NCBI GenBank assembly: GCA_963716255.1
Contig: OY970303.1
Location: forward strand, 7,264,001 to 7,328,000
Reading direction: 5' to 3'
DNA from: an uncultured Gemmatimonadales bacterium
Lineage (GTDB): Bacteria; Gemmatimonadota; Gemmatimonadetes; Longimicrobiales; Longimicrobiaceae
DNA: 64,000 bases
Below are positions 55,752-64,000 of this stretch, in pieces. The translations under genes were made by a program, and so were the position numbers. The stretch's first letter is position 1. The number at the start of each line of letters is the position of its first letter. The notes under the pieces are model-generated. The model was not told where the DNA came from. It ran no database searches and saw only the letters and a program-made list of their open reading frames with translations.

Positions 55752-58700
55752 ATGACCGGCAACAAGCTGCGCGACGACCTCCAGCGACAGATCGATGCGG
55801 GACAGGTGGTGGCGATCGTGGGCGCCGGAGTCTCTGTCGGCGCGACGAACGGCAAGCCCGAGGCGTCGTGGCTGGGGCTCCTGCACCACGGGGTGGACTT
55901 CTGCCGCGAACTGCCCACCACCGGCGTGACGGAGGCGTACGCGAAGATCCTCCACGACCAGGTGGACACGGGCGACCTGGACATGATGCTCGCCGCCGCG
56001 GAGGTGGTGTCCAGGAAGCTCGGTGCGCCTGGCGGGGGCGAGTGGCGGCGCTGGCTCCGGGAGAGCGTCGGCGGGCTCCGGGCCGAGCAGCGCGGCGTGA
56101 TCGAGGCGCTGCGGGACCTGGGGGTCACGGTGGCGACGACCAACTACGACGGCCTGATCGAGGAGGTGACCGGGCTTCCGGCGGTGACGTGGAGGGACGG
56201 CGCCGTCGTGGAGCGGGTGCTGCGCGGCGAGGAGGAGGGGGTTCTCCACCTGCACGGATACTGGAGAGAGCCCGAGTCGGTGGTGCTGGGCATCCGCGAC
56301 TACGCCAAGGTGCTGGGAGACGCGCACGCGCAGACGATGCAGCGCGCCATGCGGTCGCTGAAGACGCTGCTCTTTCTTGGATGCGGTGAGGGACTGGGCG
56401 ATCCCAACTTCGGCGCGCTGCTGCGGTGGTCGGAGGGAGTGTTCGCCGGCTCCGAGTACAGGCACTTCCGGCTCGCGCCGGACGGCGAGGTCGAGGAACT
56501 GCAGGCCAGGCATCCCGCCGAGCAACGGATCATGGTTCTTGGCTACGGCCCCGGCCACGGCGACCTCGCAGGCTTCCTGCGCGGCCTCCACCCCGCCGCG
56601 AAGACCGGCGTGACAAAGACGGGGCCGGGGGTGCCGATGGCTCCCGCCGCCGCGCTCCCGCCCGCGCCCATCTGCTTCGGGCGTGACGCGGAGGTCGAGG
56701 ACGTGGTGGCGACGCTGCTCGCCGACCGTCCCGAGCCGCTGTCCATCCTGGGACCGGCGGGGATCGGCAAGAGCACCATCACGCTGGTCGCGCTGAACGA
56801 TCCTCGCGTGGCCGAGCGCTACGGCGCGCGCCGGTTCTTCATCCGCTGCGACGCGGTGCGTACGCGCGAAGCCTTTGCCGCGGCGGTGGCAGGCGCACTC
56901 GGCATCCCGCTCGGTCCGCAGGTGGAGGCGGCCGTGACGACTGAATTGGCGTCAGCACCGGCGGCGCTAGCCCTAGACAACACCGAGACGCCGTGGGAGG
57001 CGGACACGCTCCGGGTGGAGGAACTGTTCGTCAGGCTCGCCGCGGTGCCGGGTCTGGCGCTCGTCGCCTCTTTACGCGGTGCCAGCCGGCCGGTGGGCGT
57101 GCGGTGGCGTCAATCGATCCAACCTCCGATCCTGCCGCTGCGCGACGCCCGAAAGGTCTTTCTCTCCATCACGGGCGACCAGTTCGCTGACGATCCGCAC
57201 CTCGATCGGCTGCTGCGCGCACTGGACGGTGTCCCCCTCGCCATCACACTCATGGCGAACGCCGCGGAGGGCCAGCCCGACCTGGCGGACACGTGGACAC
57301 GGTGGGAGACGGAGCGGACCCGGATGCTCCAGCGCGCCGGCGGAACGGACCGGCTGTTGAACATCGAGGCGTCGTACGAGATCTCCATTGCGGGGCCGCG
57401 CATGACCGACGAGGCGCGGCGGCTGCTGGCGATCCTTGGCTTCCTTCCTGGCGGTGTGGCGCACGGCGACATCGATGCCGTATTCCCGGAATACGGCGTC
57501 CGCGCGGCGGCGGTGCTGCGGCAGGTGGGGCTCGCGTTCGACGAGGCGCACCGCCTCCGTCTGCTCGCGCCACTTCGGGAGTACGTGCAGCGCGAGCATC
57601 CACCCCAGGCGGACGATCTGCAGGCAGCGCTCTCTCACTACCTTGGTCTGGCAACCTCACTTGGGGAGAAGACCGGAAAAGTAGGTGGTGCCGAGGCAGT
57701 CGCGCGTCTCACGCCCGAGGCCGAAAACATCGAAGCGGCCATTGTGTGGTCACTTGATACCGACAGCAGGACTGCCTTCGAAGCGGCCATCAACCTTGGC
57801 GAGTTTGCCCGTTTCACGGGCCTGGGAACTACGGCACCGCTCGAGAATGCGGCGATGAAGGCGAAAGCGGACGATGCCGTTGATCTCGCTGCCCGGTGCT
57901 GTTCTCGCGTGGGCGATATTGCTCTTGCACGCTCTGAGCACGAGAGTGCACGCACTCACTACGAGGAGGCGTTCCTGCTCTACAGGCGCGTCGGTGATGG
58001 CGGCGGCGAGGCTCACTGCATCAAATGCCTGGGAGACATCGCGTTTGCGCGCTCCGACCATGAGCATGCGCGCGCACGCTATGAGGAGGCGCTTCCGCTC
58101 TACAAGCGCATCGGTGGCACCCTCGGTGAGGCCAACTGCATCAAAGGCCTGGGTGGTGTCGCATTGGAGCACTCCGATTATGAGCGCGCGCGCATCCGCT
58201 TCGAGGAGGCGCTCCTGCTCTACAGGCGTGTCGGTGACACCCTTGGCGAGACCAACTGCATCAAGAGCCTGGGCGACATTGCCCGGGATTGTTCTGATTA
58301 CGAGAGCGCGCGCACGCGCTACGAGGAGGCGCTCCCGCTCTACAGGCGCTTAGGTGGCACCCTCGGCGAGGCAGACTGCATCAAAGGCCTGGGCGACATC
58401 GCCCAGGGGTGCTTCGACCTTGAAACCGCGCGCGTCAGCTACGAGGAGGCGCGCCTGCTCTACAGGCGCGTCGGTGACATCCGCGGAGAAGCCAATTGCA
58501 TCAAAAACCTGGGTAACGTCGCCCTGGGGCGCTCCGACCTTGAGAACGCATACATCCGCTACGAGGAGGCGCTGACGCTATATAGGCGTCTCAACTCTGT
58601 CCTGGGCGAGGCCAACTGCATGGCACGTCTGGGCGAAATCGCTGTTGCGCGCTTTGACCCGGAGACCGCGCGCGCACGGTTTGAAGAGGCACTTGAACTC

Positions 58701-58874
58701 TACGAGCGTATTACTGAGCCGTACTCTATCGGACGTGCACATGTTCGTCTTGCCGGGATTACCGTGGACGAGAGCCAGCGTCACCAGCACCTTACTGCTG
58801 CCAAAAATGCATGGCAGAGTATCGGGCGCGACGACCTCGTGCAGGGCCTGAGGGAAGAGTTCGGCGAGGAATGA
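55752..58874 (+). CDS. SIR2-like, STAND P-loop NTPase, TPR protein (Avs/NLR-like candidate defence protein)
   Basis: SIR2_2 motifs IVGAGVS, TTNYD, LHLHG, LLFLGC..GLGDPNF; FGRDAE, Walker A GPAGIGKST, Walker B LALDN.E, GxP-like DGVPLAI; seven 40-aa TPR-like repeats. ATG 55752 preferred over 55689. Confidence 0.88.
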   Translation: MTGNKLRDDLQRQIDAGQVVAIVGAGVSVGATNGKPEASWLGLLHHGVDFCRELPTTGVTEAYAKILHDQVDTGDLDMMLAAAEVVSRKLGAPGGGEWRRWLRESVGGLRAEQRGVIEALRDLGVTVATTNYDGLIEEVTGLPAVTWRDGAVVERVLRGEEEGVLHLHGYWREPESVVLGIRDYAKVLGDAHAQTMQRAMRSLKTLLFLGCGEGLGDPNFGALLRWSEGVFAGSEYRHFRLAPDGEVEELQARHPAEQRIMVLGYGPGHGDLAGFLRGLHPAAKTGVTKTGPGVPMAPAAALPPAPICFGRDAEVEDVVATLLADRPEPLSILGPAGIGKSTITLVALNDPRVAERYGARRFFIRCDAVRTREAFAAAVAGALGIPLGPQVEAAVTTELASAPAALALDNTETPWEADTLRVEELFVRLAAVPGLALVASLRGASRPVGVRWRQSIQPPILPLRDARKVFLSITGDQFADDPHLDRLLRALDGVPLAITLMANAAEGQPDLADTWTRWETERTRMLQRAGGTDRLLNIEASYEISIAGPRMTDEARRLLAILGFLPGGVAHGDIDAVFPEYGVRAAAVLRQVGLAFDEAHRLRLLAPLREYVQREHPPQADDLQAALSHYLGLATSLGEKTGKVGGAEAVARLTPEAENIEAAIVWSLDTDSRTAFEAAINLGEFARFTGLGTTAPLENAAMKAKADDAVDLAARCCSRVGDIALARSEHESARTHYEEAFLLYRRVGDGGGEAHCIKCLGDIAFARSDHEHARARYEEALPLYKRIGGTLGEANCIKGLGGVALEHSDYERARIRFEEALLLYRRVGDTLGETNCIKSLGDIARDCSDYESARTRYEEALPLYRRLGGTLGEADCIKGLGDIAQGCFDLETARVSYEEARLLYRRVGDIRGEANCIKNLGNVALGRSDLENAYIRYEEALTLYRRLNSVLGEANCMARLGEIAVARFDPETARARFEEALELYERITEPYSIGRAHVRLAGITVDESQRHQHLTAAKNAWQSIGRDDLVQGLREEFGEE
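57891..58730 (+). repeat. Seven 120-bp tandem repeats encoding 40-aa TPR-like units
   Basis: A(N/H/D)CIK.LG.(I/V)A...SD.E.AR..YEEAL.LYRR.G...GE; units start at 57891, 58011, 58131, 58251, 58371, 58491 and 58611. Confidence 0.9.
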
Positions 58875-58956
58875 TGGAGTTCCCGGTGCCCGATGGACGC
58901 GGGCTGAGAGTATCCCTTCCCCCTTCGACCTCGGCGACGGCGCGCGGCCGATCCCG

Positions 58957-61362
58957 ATGACTGCGACCACTTCGGGGGACTCGCACACACCCGGCGCGGG
59001 CGCCGTCGAGCACATCGGGCGTGAGGACGAATGGCTGTGGGGCTGGGACCCCACGCCCGGCATCGTGTCCGTGTGGGCCGAGCCGGACGGCCGCGCCCTG
59101 GTGTGGCGCCGGATCCCGGACACCGGCGCCCTCGTCCGCGAGGAGGAGCGATTCCGCCCCTGGCTCCTCCTGGACCGCCTGGACGACCTCCGGCACCTGG
59201 GCGAGCGGCTGGGCCCCGAGGGCGCCCCCGGCGCCGACGTCGGCTTCCGCGAGCTGGAGGGCCCCGGCGCGCTCCGCTTTCTCGTCACCGCGGCGGACGG
59301 GCGAGCTCTGGCGTCCGCGGTGCTCAGGGGCGCGGCGCGCCGCCTGGACCGCCGCGTGGGCCACCTGCGCGACCTGGGCACCGAGGGCGTGCTCGCGCTC
59401 CCCCCCGAGGAGCAGTACCTGGTGGCGACCGGGCGCACGTACTTCCGCGACCTCGCCTTCGACCAGCTGCACCGCCTCCAGTTCGACCTGGAGACCACGG
59501 GGCTGGACGCCACCCGCGACCGCATGTTCATGGCGGCCGTGCGCGACCCCTCGGGCGCGGCGCACGTTCTGGAGGCGCGCGGCACCGGCGACGCCGCCGA
59601 GATCGATCTGATCCGCCGGCTCGTCGCGGCCATCCGGGCCGCCGACCCGGACGTCATCGAGAACCACAACCTGCTCGGCTTCGACCTCCCCTTCCTCGCC
59701 GAGCGCGCCCGCCGCCTGGGCGTCCCCCTCCCGCTGGGGCGCCTGGGAGAGCTGGGGCTGCGCGAGCGCGCCGCCCGCCGCGGCATGGCGCGCGGCGACG
59801 ACGGCGGCGGCCGGGTGCGGCTGGTGGCGCCGGGGCGCGAGCTGATCGACACGCTGGACGCCGTGATCCGATACGACTTCTCGGTGCGCGAGCTGCCGGG
59901 CCACGGGCTCAAGGTCGTGGCCCGGCACTTCGGGGTGGCGGCGCCGGACCGCGAGTACGTCCCCGGGAGGGACGTGTACGCCGTCTACCGGCGCGACCCG
60001 GAGCGCGTGCGCCGCTACGCCACCGACGACGTGGAGGAGGTCGCCGCGCTCGCCCGCCTGCTGGGCGGCGCGGCGTTCGCGCTGGCGCGCATGGCTCCGC
60101 GGCGCTACGAGCGGCTCGCCGACGCCGGCCCGGCCACGGGCGTCATCGACCCGCTGCTGGTGCGGGCCTACCTGCGCGCGGGCGCCGCCCTCCCCGCGCA
60201 CCGCCCCGGCGACGGGACGCCACACGCGGGCGCGGCGCTCCACCTGTTCGCCACCGGCGTGGCGTGGCGCGTGGTCAAGGCGGACGTGGCGAGCCTGTAC
60301 CCCTCGCTGATGCGCGCCTTCCGCATCGGCCCGGAGCGCGACCACCTGGGCGCGCTCCTCGCGCTGGTGGACCGGCTGGTGGAGCAGCGGCTCGCCGCAA
60401 AGGCGCGTGCGCGGGCGGCGGCTCCCGGCTCCGCCGAGCGCCACACGCACGAGGCCATGTCCGCGGCCATCAAGATCGTGGTCAACTCGGCGTACGGGTA
60501 CCTGGCGGCCGGCGGCGACCTGACGCGCTTCGCCGACGTGCACGCCGCCAACGAGGTGACGCGCCGCGGCCGGGACACGCTGGCGCTCCTCTGCCGCGAG
60601 CTCGCCGCGCGGGGCGTGACGCTGCTGGAGGCGGACACCGACGGCGTGTACTTCGCCGTGCCGGAAGGGTGGGGCGAGGCGGATGAGCGCCGCGTCGTGG
60701 CGGAGGTCGCCGCGCTCCTGCCGCCGCTGGTGCACCTGGAGTTCGAGGGGCGCTACGCCGCCATGCTGTCGCACGAGCCCAAGAACTACGCCCTGCTCGG
60801 CTACGACGGCACGCTCACCCTGCGCGGCGTGGCCTTCCGCTCCAGCCGCGCGGAACCGTTCGGCGAGGCGTTCCTGCGCGAGGCGCTGCTGCGGCTGTTC
60901 GCGGGCGACGTGGGCGGGGTGCGCGAGGCGTACCTCGCCATGGTGGGCAGGCTCCGCCGCCGCGAGCTGCCCACCTACGACGTCTCCTCCCGTGCCCGGC
61001 TGACCAAATCGCCCGACCGGTACGCCGAGTCGCGAGGCAAGCGCCGCGAGCACGTGTACGAGGCGCTGCTCGCGGGCGGGCGCACGTCGTGGCGCGCCGG
61101 CGAGCGGGTGCGTGTGTACCGCACGCAGGGCGGCGGGGCCGCCGTCGTGGCGGACGCGGCGGACGGGGCCGCGCCCCCCGACCCGCGGGACTACGACGTG
61201 GAGCACTACGAGCACGTGCTGCGCGACAACTTCGCCGCGCGCCTGGCCCGGGCGCTCGCGCCCGGCGACTTCGCCGCGGTCTTCGCGGACCCGGACCAGC
61301 TCTCGCTCTTCGCGCCGCCCACCGCCGCGATGCGGCCGGTGCTGGACGTGCGCGCGGTGTGA
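58957..61362 (+). CDS. polB: Family B DNA polymerase with 3'-5' exonuclease
   Basis: ExoI FDLETTG, ExoII HNLLGFDLPFL, ExoIII YATDD; motif A DVASLYPS, motif B KIVVNSAYG, motif C DTDG, KNYA. Confidence 0.92.
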   Translation: MTATTSGDSHTPGAGAVEHIGREDEWLWGWDPTPGIVSVWAEPDGRALVWRRIPDTGALVREEERFRPWLLLDRLDDLRHLGERLGPEGAPGADVGFRELEGPGALRFLVTAADGRALASAVLRGAARRLDRRVGHLRDLGTEGVLALPPEEQYLVATGRTYFRDLAFDQLHRLQFDLETTGLDATRDRMFMAAVRDPSGAAHVLEARGTGDAAEIDLIRRLVAAIRAADPDVIENHNLLGFDLPFLAERARRLGVPLPLGRLGELGLRERAARRGMARGDDGGGRVRLVAPGRELIDTLDAVIRYDFSVRELPGHGLKVVARHFGVAAPDREYVPGRDVYAVYRRDPERVRRYATDDVEEVAALARLLGGAAFALARMAPRRYERLADAGPATGVIDPLLVRAYLRAGAALPAHRPGDGTPHAGAALHLFATGVAWRVVKADVASLYPSLMRAFRIGPERDHLGALLALVDRLVEQRLAAKARARAAAPGSAERHTHEAMSAAIKIVVNSAYGYLAAGGDLTRFADVHAANEVTRRGRDTLALLCRELAARGVTLLEADTDGVYFAVPEGWGEADERRVVAEVAALLPPLVHLEFEGRYAAMLSHEPKNYALLGYDGTLTLRGVAFRSSRAEPFGEAFLREALLRLFAGDVGGVREAYLAMVGRLRRRELPTYDVSSRARLTKSPDRYAESRGKRREHVYEALLAGGRTSWRAGERVRVYRTQGGGAAVVADAADGAAPPDPRDYDVEHYEHVLRDNFAARLARALAPGDFAAVFADPDQLSLFAPPTAAMRPVLDVRAV

Positions 61363-61685
61363 GCTGGCGGTACGGGCGCCGGCTCGCCTGCATCCGGCGG
61401 CCAGCGTCCAAGCGCGTGATTGCCGGGGATGCCGGCCGGGGCGCGGCCGCAGCGCGCCGAAGAGGCCAGGAGGCTCCTTTTTCGGTGAATTTCCTCCAGT
61501 CCATGATTGCCGAAGGGCCTCGCGAGCGGGTCCTGGCCGGGTCTTTGTTCGCTGTTCCGGCGTGGTTGATAGCGAGGTGGATGAGCGGTTGAAGGCTCCC
61601 TCCTACCATTGCACCACGCGGCAAGGCTTCGCGCCGGAGATGCCGGGCGCCCCCGCGTGTTCATACACATTGGAGGAGGTGCACC

Positions 61686-62276
61686 ATGACGGACATGCTG
61701 GAAGACAAGGTCGAGCCCCGACCCATTTCCCCCTGGCTCGCCAAGCGCATCGCCGAGGCCGCCCTGAGCCTCGCAGCCAAGGGAGACCGCTACGTAGTCG
61801 CATCCTACGAGCGCGATCCGGCGACCAAGCAGTACTTCGTGGAAGGCTTTCCCACACGCGCGGACGCGGAGGTTTACGTTCTCGGACACCCCGAACTCGA
61901 CCTGGGCATCTTCGGCCCGTACGAACCGGAGAACGGAATGGTCCAGAAGGTGCCGAGCGTGGTGAGCGTGATCCCGAAACAGGTAACCCGGGTGCTCGTG
62001 ACCCTCGACGGGGGTGTGGCCGAACCGATCGACGGCCTCGTGTACGACGCGATCTTCTGGGGTTACCCCGCGATCCAGAAGTTCGTGCTGCCCTACTACA
62101 CGGCGTCCCAGGGACTGGAGTTCGCCAACTTCCTCGACGCGGAGTACAAGCAGCCGGGGACCTACCTCCTCGCGCACTCCGACGACACCGAATACAAGAT
62201 CTACAAGCTGGTGGAGACGCCAGCCAGCGAGAAGCTCGTCAACGAATGGGCATACCAGCTCCGACCCATTCGCTGA
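61686..62276 (+). CDS. Hypothetical protein (196 aa)
   Basis: Strong SD (GGAGGAGGT) just upstream of the ATG; protein-like composition and codon bias; no family recognised. Confidence 0.8.
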   Translation: MTDMLEDKVEPRPISPWLAKRIAEAALSLAAKGDRYVVASYERDPATKQYFVEGFPTRADAEVYVLGHPELDLGIFGPYEPENGMVQKVPSVVSVIPKQVTRVLVTLDGGVAEPIDGLVYDAIFWGYPAIQKFVLPYYTASQGLEFANFLDAEYKQPGTYLLAHSDDTEYKIYKLVETPASEKLVNEWAYQLRPIR

Positions 62277-62304
62277 CTGCCGGCTCAGCCGGGTGACGTC
62301 GAAG

Positions 62305-62340
62305 GCGTACCGCCGTGCAGCCTGCTGCACGGCGGTACGC
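62305..62340. terminator. Perfect 16-17 bp hairpin between convergent genes (possible bidirectional terminator)
   Basis: GCGTACCGCCGTGCAGC-CT-GCTGCACGGCGGTACGC; no U-tract. Confidence 0.55.
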
Positions 62341-62354
62341 GAGGAGCGGTCCGT

Positions 62355-62810
62355 CTACTGGCCGGACCCCGTTCCCGCGGCGGCAGTGTCGCCGCGGGTG
62401 GCGGGTGTCTTCGCTGGCGCGGTAGGACGCGGGATGGGCAGGACGGGCCAGCGGGGGAGCGTATCCCTGCCGGCGAGCACCGCGGCGAAGGGGGAGCCGT
62501 CGTCGAGCGTCAGCAGCCCGAAACCGCGTAGAAGCTCCAGCGAAGTGCGACGTCCATCCGGGTCTTCCACCGCCATTGCCTGCTGCAGAACCTGCACGCG
62601 GTACTTGAACATCTCCAGCTCCCGCTTCTGGTCGGCATCCGGCTTGGTGATCCAAAAGAAGGTCAACAAGGTCAGGAAGGTGTTGACCGCCCCCGCGGCC
62701 AGGCCGGTGATCCCACCGGCCTTCAGGAAGGAGCGGGTCGGCACCTCGACCTCTCCGGCGACGGCGTCGGCGGATTCCTGGCCGCGGGCGGTGTGGAACT
62801 TGAAGTGCAT
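62355..62810 (-). CDS. Hypothetical single-pass membrane protein (~151 aa)
   Basis: ATG 62810 (MHFKFH...), TM-like segment GGITGLAAGAVNTFLTLLTFFWI followed by a helical segment. The upstream extension in the track overlaps the next gene. Confidence 0.6.
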   Translation of the reverse strand: MHFKFHTARGQESADAVAGEVEVPTRSFLKAGGITGLAAGAVNTFLTLLTFFWITKPDADQKRELEMFKYRVQVLQQAMAVEDPDGRRTSLELLRGFGLLTLDDGSPFAAVLAGRDTLPRWPVLPIPRPTAPAKTPATRGDTAAAGTGSGQ

Positions 62811-62905
62811 GGTCGTGTCATGGGTTCGGTGTGACAGGCGGCCAGGCGCAACGGCCCGGGGCGTCCGTTGCCGGGGATGCCTCCGGAGCGCGCGCCGCGG
62901 TTCGC

Positions 62906-64000
62906 TCATTGGGTCGATCCGCCGATCCTGGGAGCCGTGGAGACGTTCCAGCGCAGGTTCGCGATCAGGAAGACCGGTGTCTCGTCCTCGCGGGTGTCCG
63001 CGAAGCGCTGCCCGAAACCCGTGGAGAGCCACAGGTCCTCCGCGGCCCTGAATTCGATCCCGGCGGACCAGCGGGTCCCCGGGTCGTCCCCGCCCGTGCT
63101 CTCCTCACTGCTCCATCCACGCAGCACCTCCGCGAATGCGTTTGCCTTCTCGGACCCCCAGATCCCTCGGGCGCCTGCGGAGACGATGCGCACCCGGTCG
63201 CCGTCGCCGGACGATCGGACCCGGTCCACCCGGAGCTGCCCCACCGCCTGTCCCGCCTTCCCCACCGGATACGCGCCGGATGCCCAGGCGCTGAACCCGC
63301 GGCTCCGGAACTCACCGATCACCGAGCGCTCGAAGGTGCCGCCCATGGCCAGGGCGACGGCGAGGCTGGGCCGGTTCCAGTTCTTCCGCAGCCATTCCTT
63401 CCGCCACTCCTCGAAGGCTGCCTGGACGCACGGGGCGCGCTCCGCCGCGCGCGGAGACTCCCGCACAGGGAGGGTGCGCACCGTGTCGGCGATCGCCACC
63501 CGGACCGTCGTGTCGCGGCCGCCGTCCCGCAGGACGACGACCTCGAGCGTATCGTGCACACCCAGGAAGGCGGTGTCGCCCGGCGTCGCTCGGCAGTGCC
63601 GGGTGCGGTCTCCGATCGCGCTCGTGAAGGAGCGGTTGGACATCGGATCGCTCTGGTCGAACAGGACCGTCCTCAACCCCACGGCGATGTCGGTGGAGGC
63701 GGAGTCGCCCGCCGAGCGCACGGTGCCGAGCGAGATCCCCGTGTTGACCGCGGCGTACACCCACCAGCGGTCCTGGTACCTTCTCAAGTCCGGCCGAAGT
63801 CCGGGGACCCACGGCCAGGGGACCACGTCCAGGGCGATCCCCTGCTGCACCCTGCCGATGGAATCCAGCCCGTTCGCGAGCGCGAAGGCCAGGTCGCGGG
63901 GTCGCGCCGGGCGCGCCACCTCCGCGGGCGAAGCGTCGAGGAAGGTGAACGCGGGCGACTCGGGAATGGAGAATCCCCACACGTTCCTGTCCTGAGCGGC
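62906..64000 (-). CDS. Hypothetical secreted/outer-membrane beta-rich protein, 5' end outside window
   Basis: Frame is open to the window edge (AAQDRNVWGFSIPESPAF...). C-terminal amphipathic beta-strands (WSAGIEFR, LWLSTGFG, FLIANLRW). Confidence 0.65.
   Translation of the reverse strand, partial: AAQDRNVWGFSIPESPAFTFLDASPAEVARPARPRDLAFALANGLDSIGRVQQGIALDVVPWPWVPGLRPDLRRYQDRWWVYAAVNTGISLGTVRSAGDSASTDIAVGLRTVLFDQSDPMSNRSFTSAIGDRTRHCRATPGDTAFLGVHDTLEVVVLRDGGRDTTVRVAIADTVRTLPVRESPRAAERAPCVQAAFEEWRKEWLRKNWNRPSLAVALAMGGTFERSVIGEFRSRGFSAWASGAYPVGKAGQAVGQLRVDRVRSSGDGDRVRIVSAGARGIWGSEKANAFAEVLRGWSSEESTGGDDPGTRWSAGIEFRAAEDLWLSTGFGQRFADTREDETPVFLIANLRWNVSTAPRIGGSTQ

Noticed and set aside
58957..64000. 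Prophage, pipolin or casposon suggested by polB
   Set aside because: No integrase, Cas1, att sites, terminal repeats or virion genes visible; polB has host-like codon usage.

Overview
Very GC-rich bacterial DNA. The giant NRPSs and codon style tentatively suggest Gemmatimonadota (Longimicrobium-like); this is inference only. Bases 1-44297 hold the 3' part of a giant NRPS assembly line: a partial E domain, 13 complete C-A-T modules (the first with an E domain) and a terminal thioesterase. They lie in two genes. The first gene is broken by a 1-nt frameshift in a G6 run (5252-5257), just before a condensation domain whose HHxxxDG motif reads LQxxxDG. Pocket codes read by eye suggest ...D-Xaa, D-basic, Asn, hydrophobic Xaa, Phe-like, Ala, Asp, Glu, basic, Glu, Val, Lys-like, Ala, Ala, TE. 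Downstream lie a non-canonical macrodomain gene, an RsbQ hydrolase plus PAS histidine kinase pair, a sulfotransferase, three GT4-like glycosyltransferases, an LmbE/PIG-L-like protein, a Wzx-type flippase, a SIR2-STAND-TPR (Avs/NLR-like) candidate defence gene, a family B DNA polymerase and three hypothetical genes. Two copies of a ~520-540 bp non-coding element sit between convergent genes. Its ~140-nt terminal inverted repeats show compensatory base changes in several stems around invariant loops. The strongest novelty candidates are this structured repeat family, the frameshift plus altered C domain in the NRPS, and the SIR2-STAND-TPR gene.
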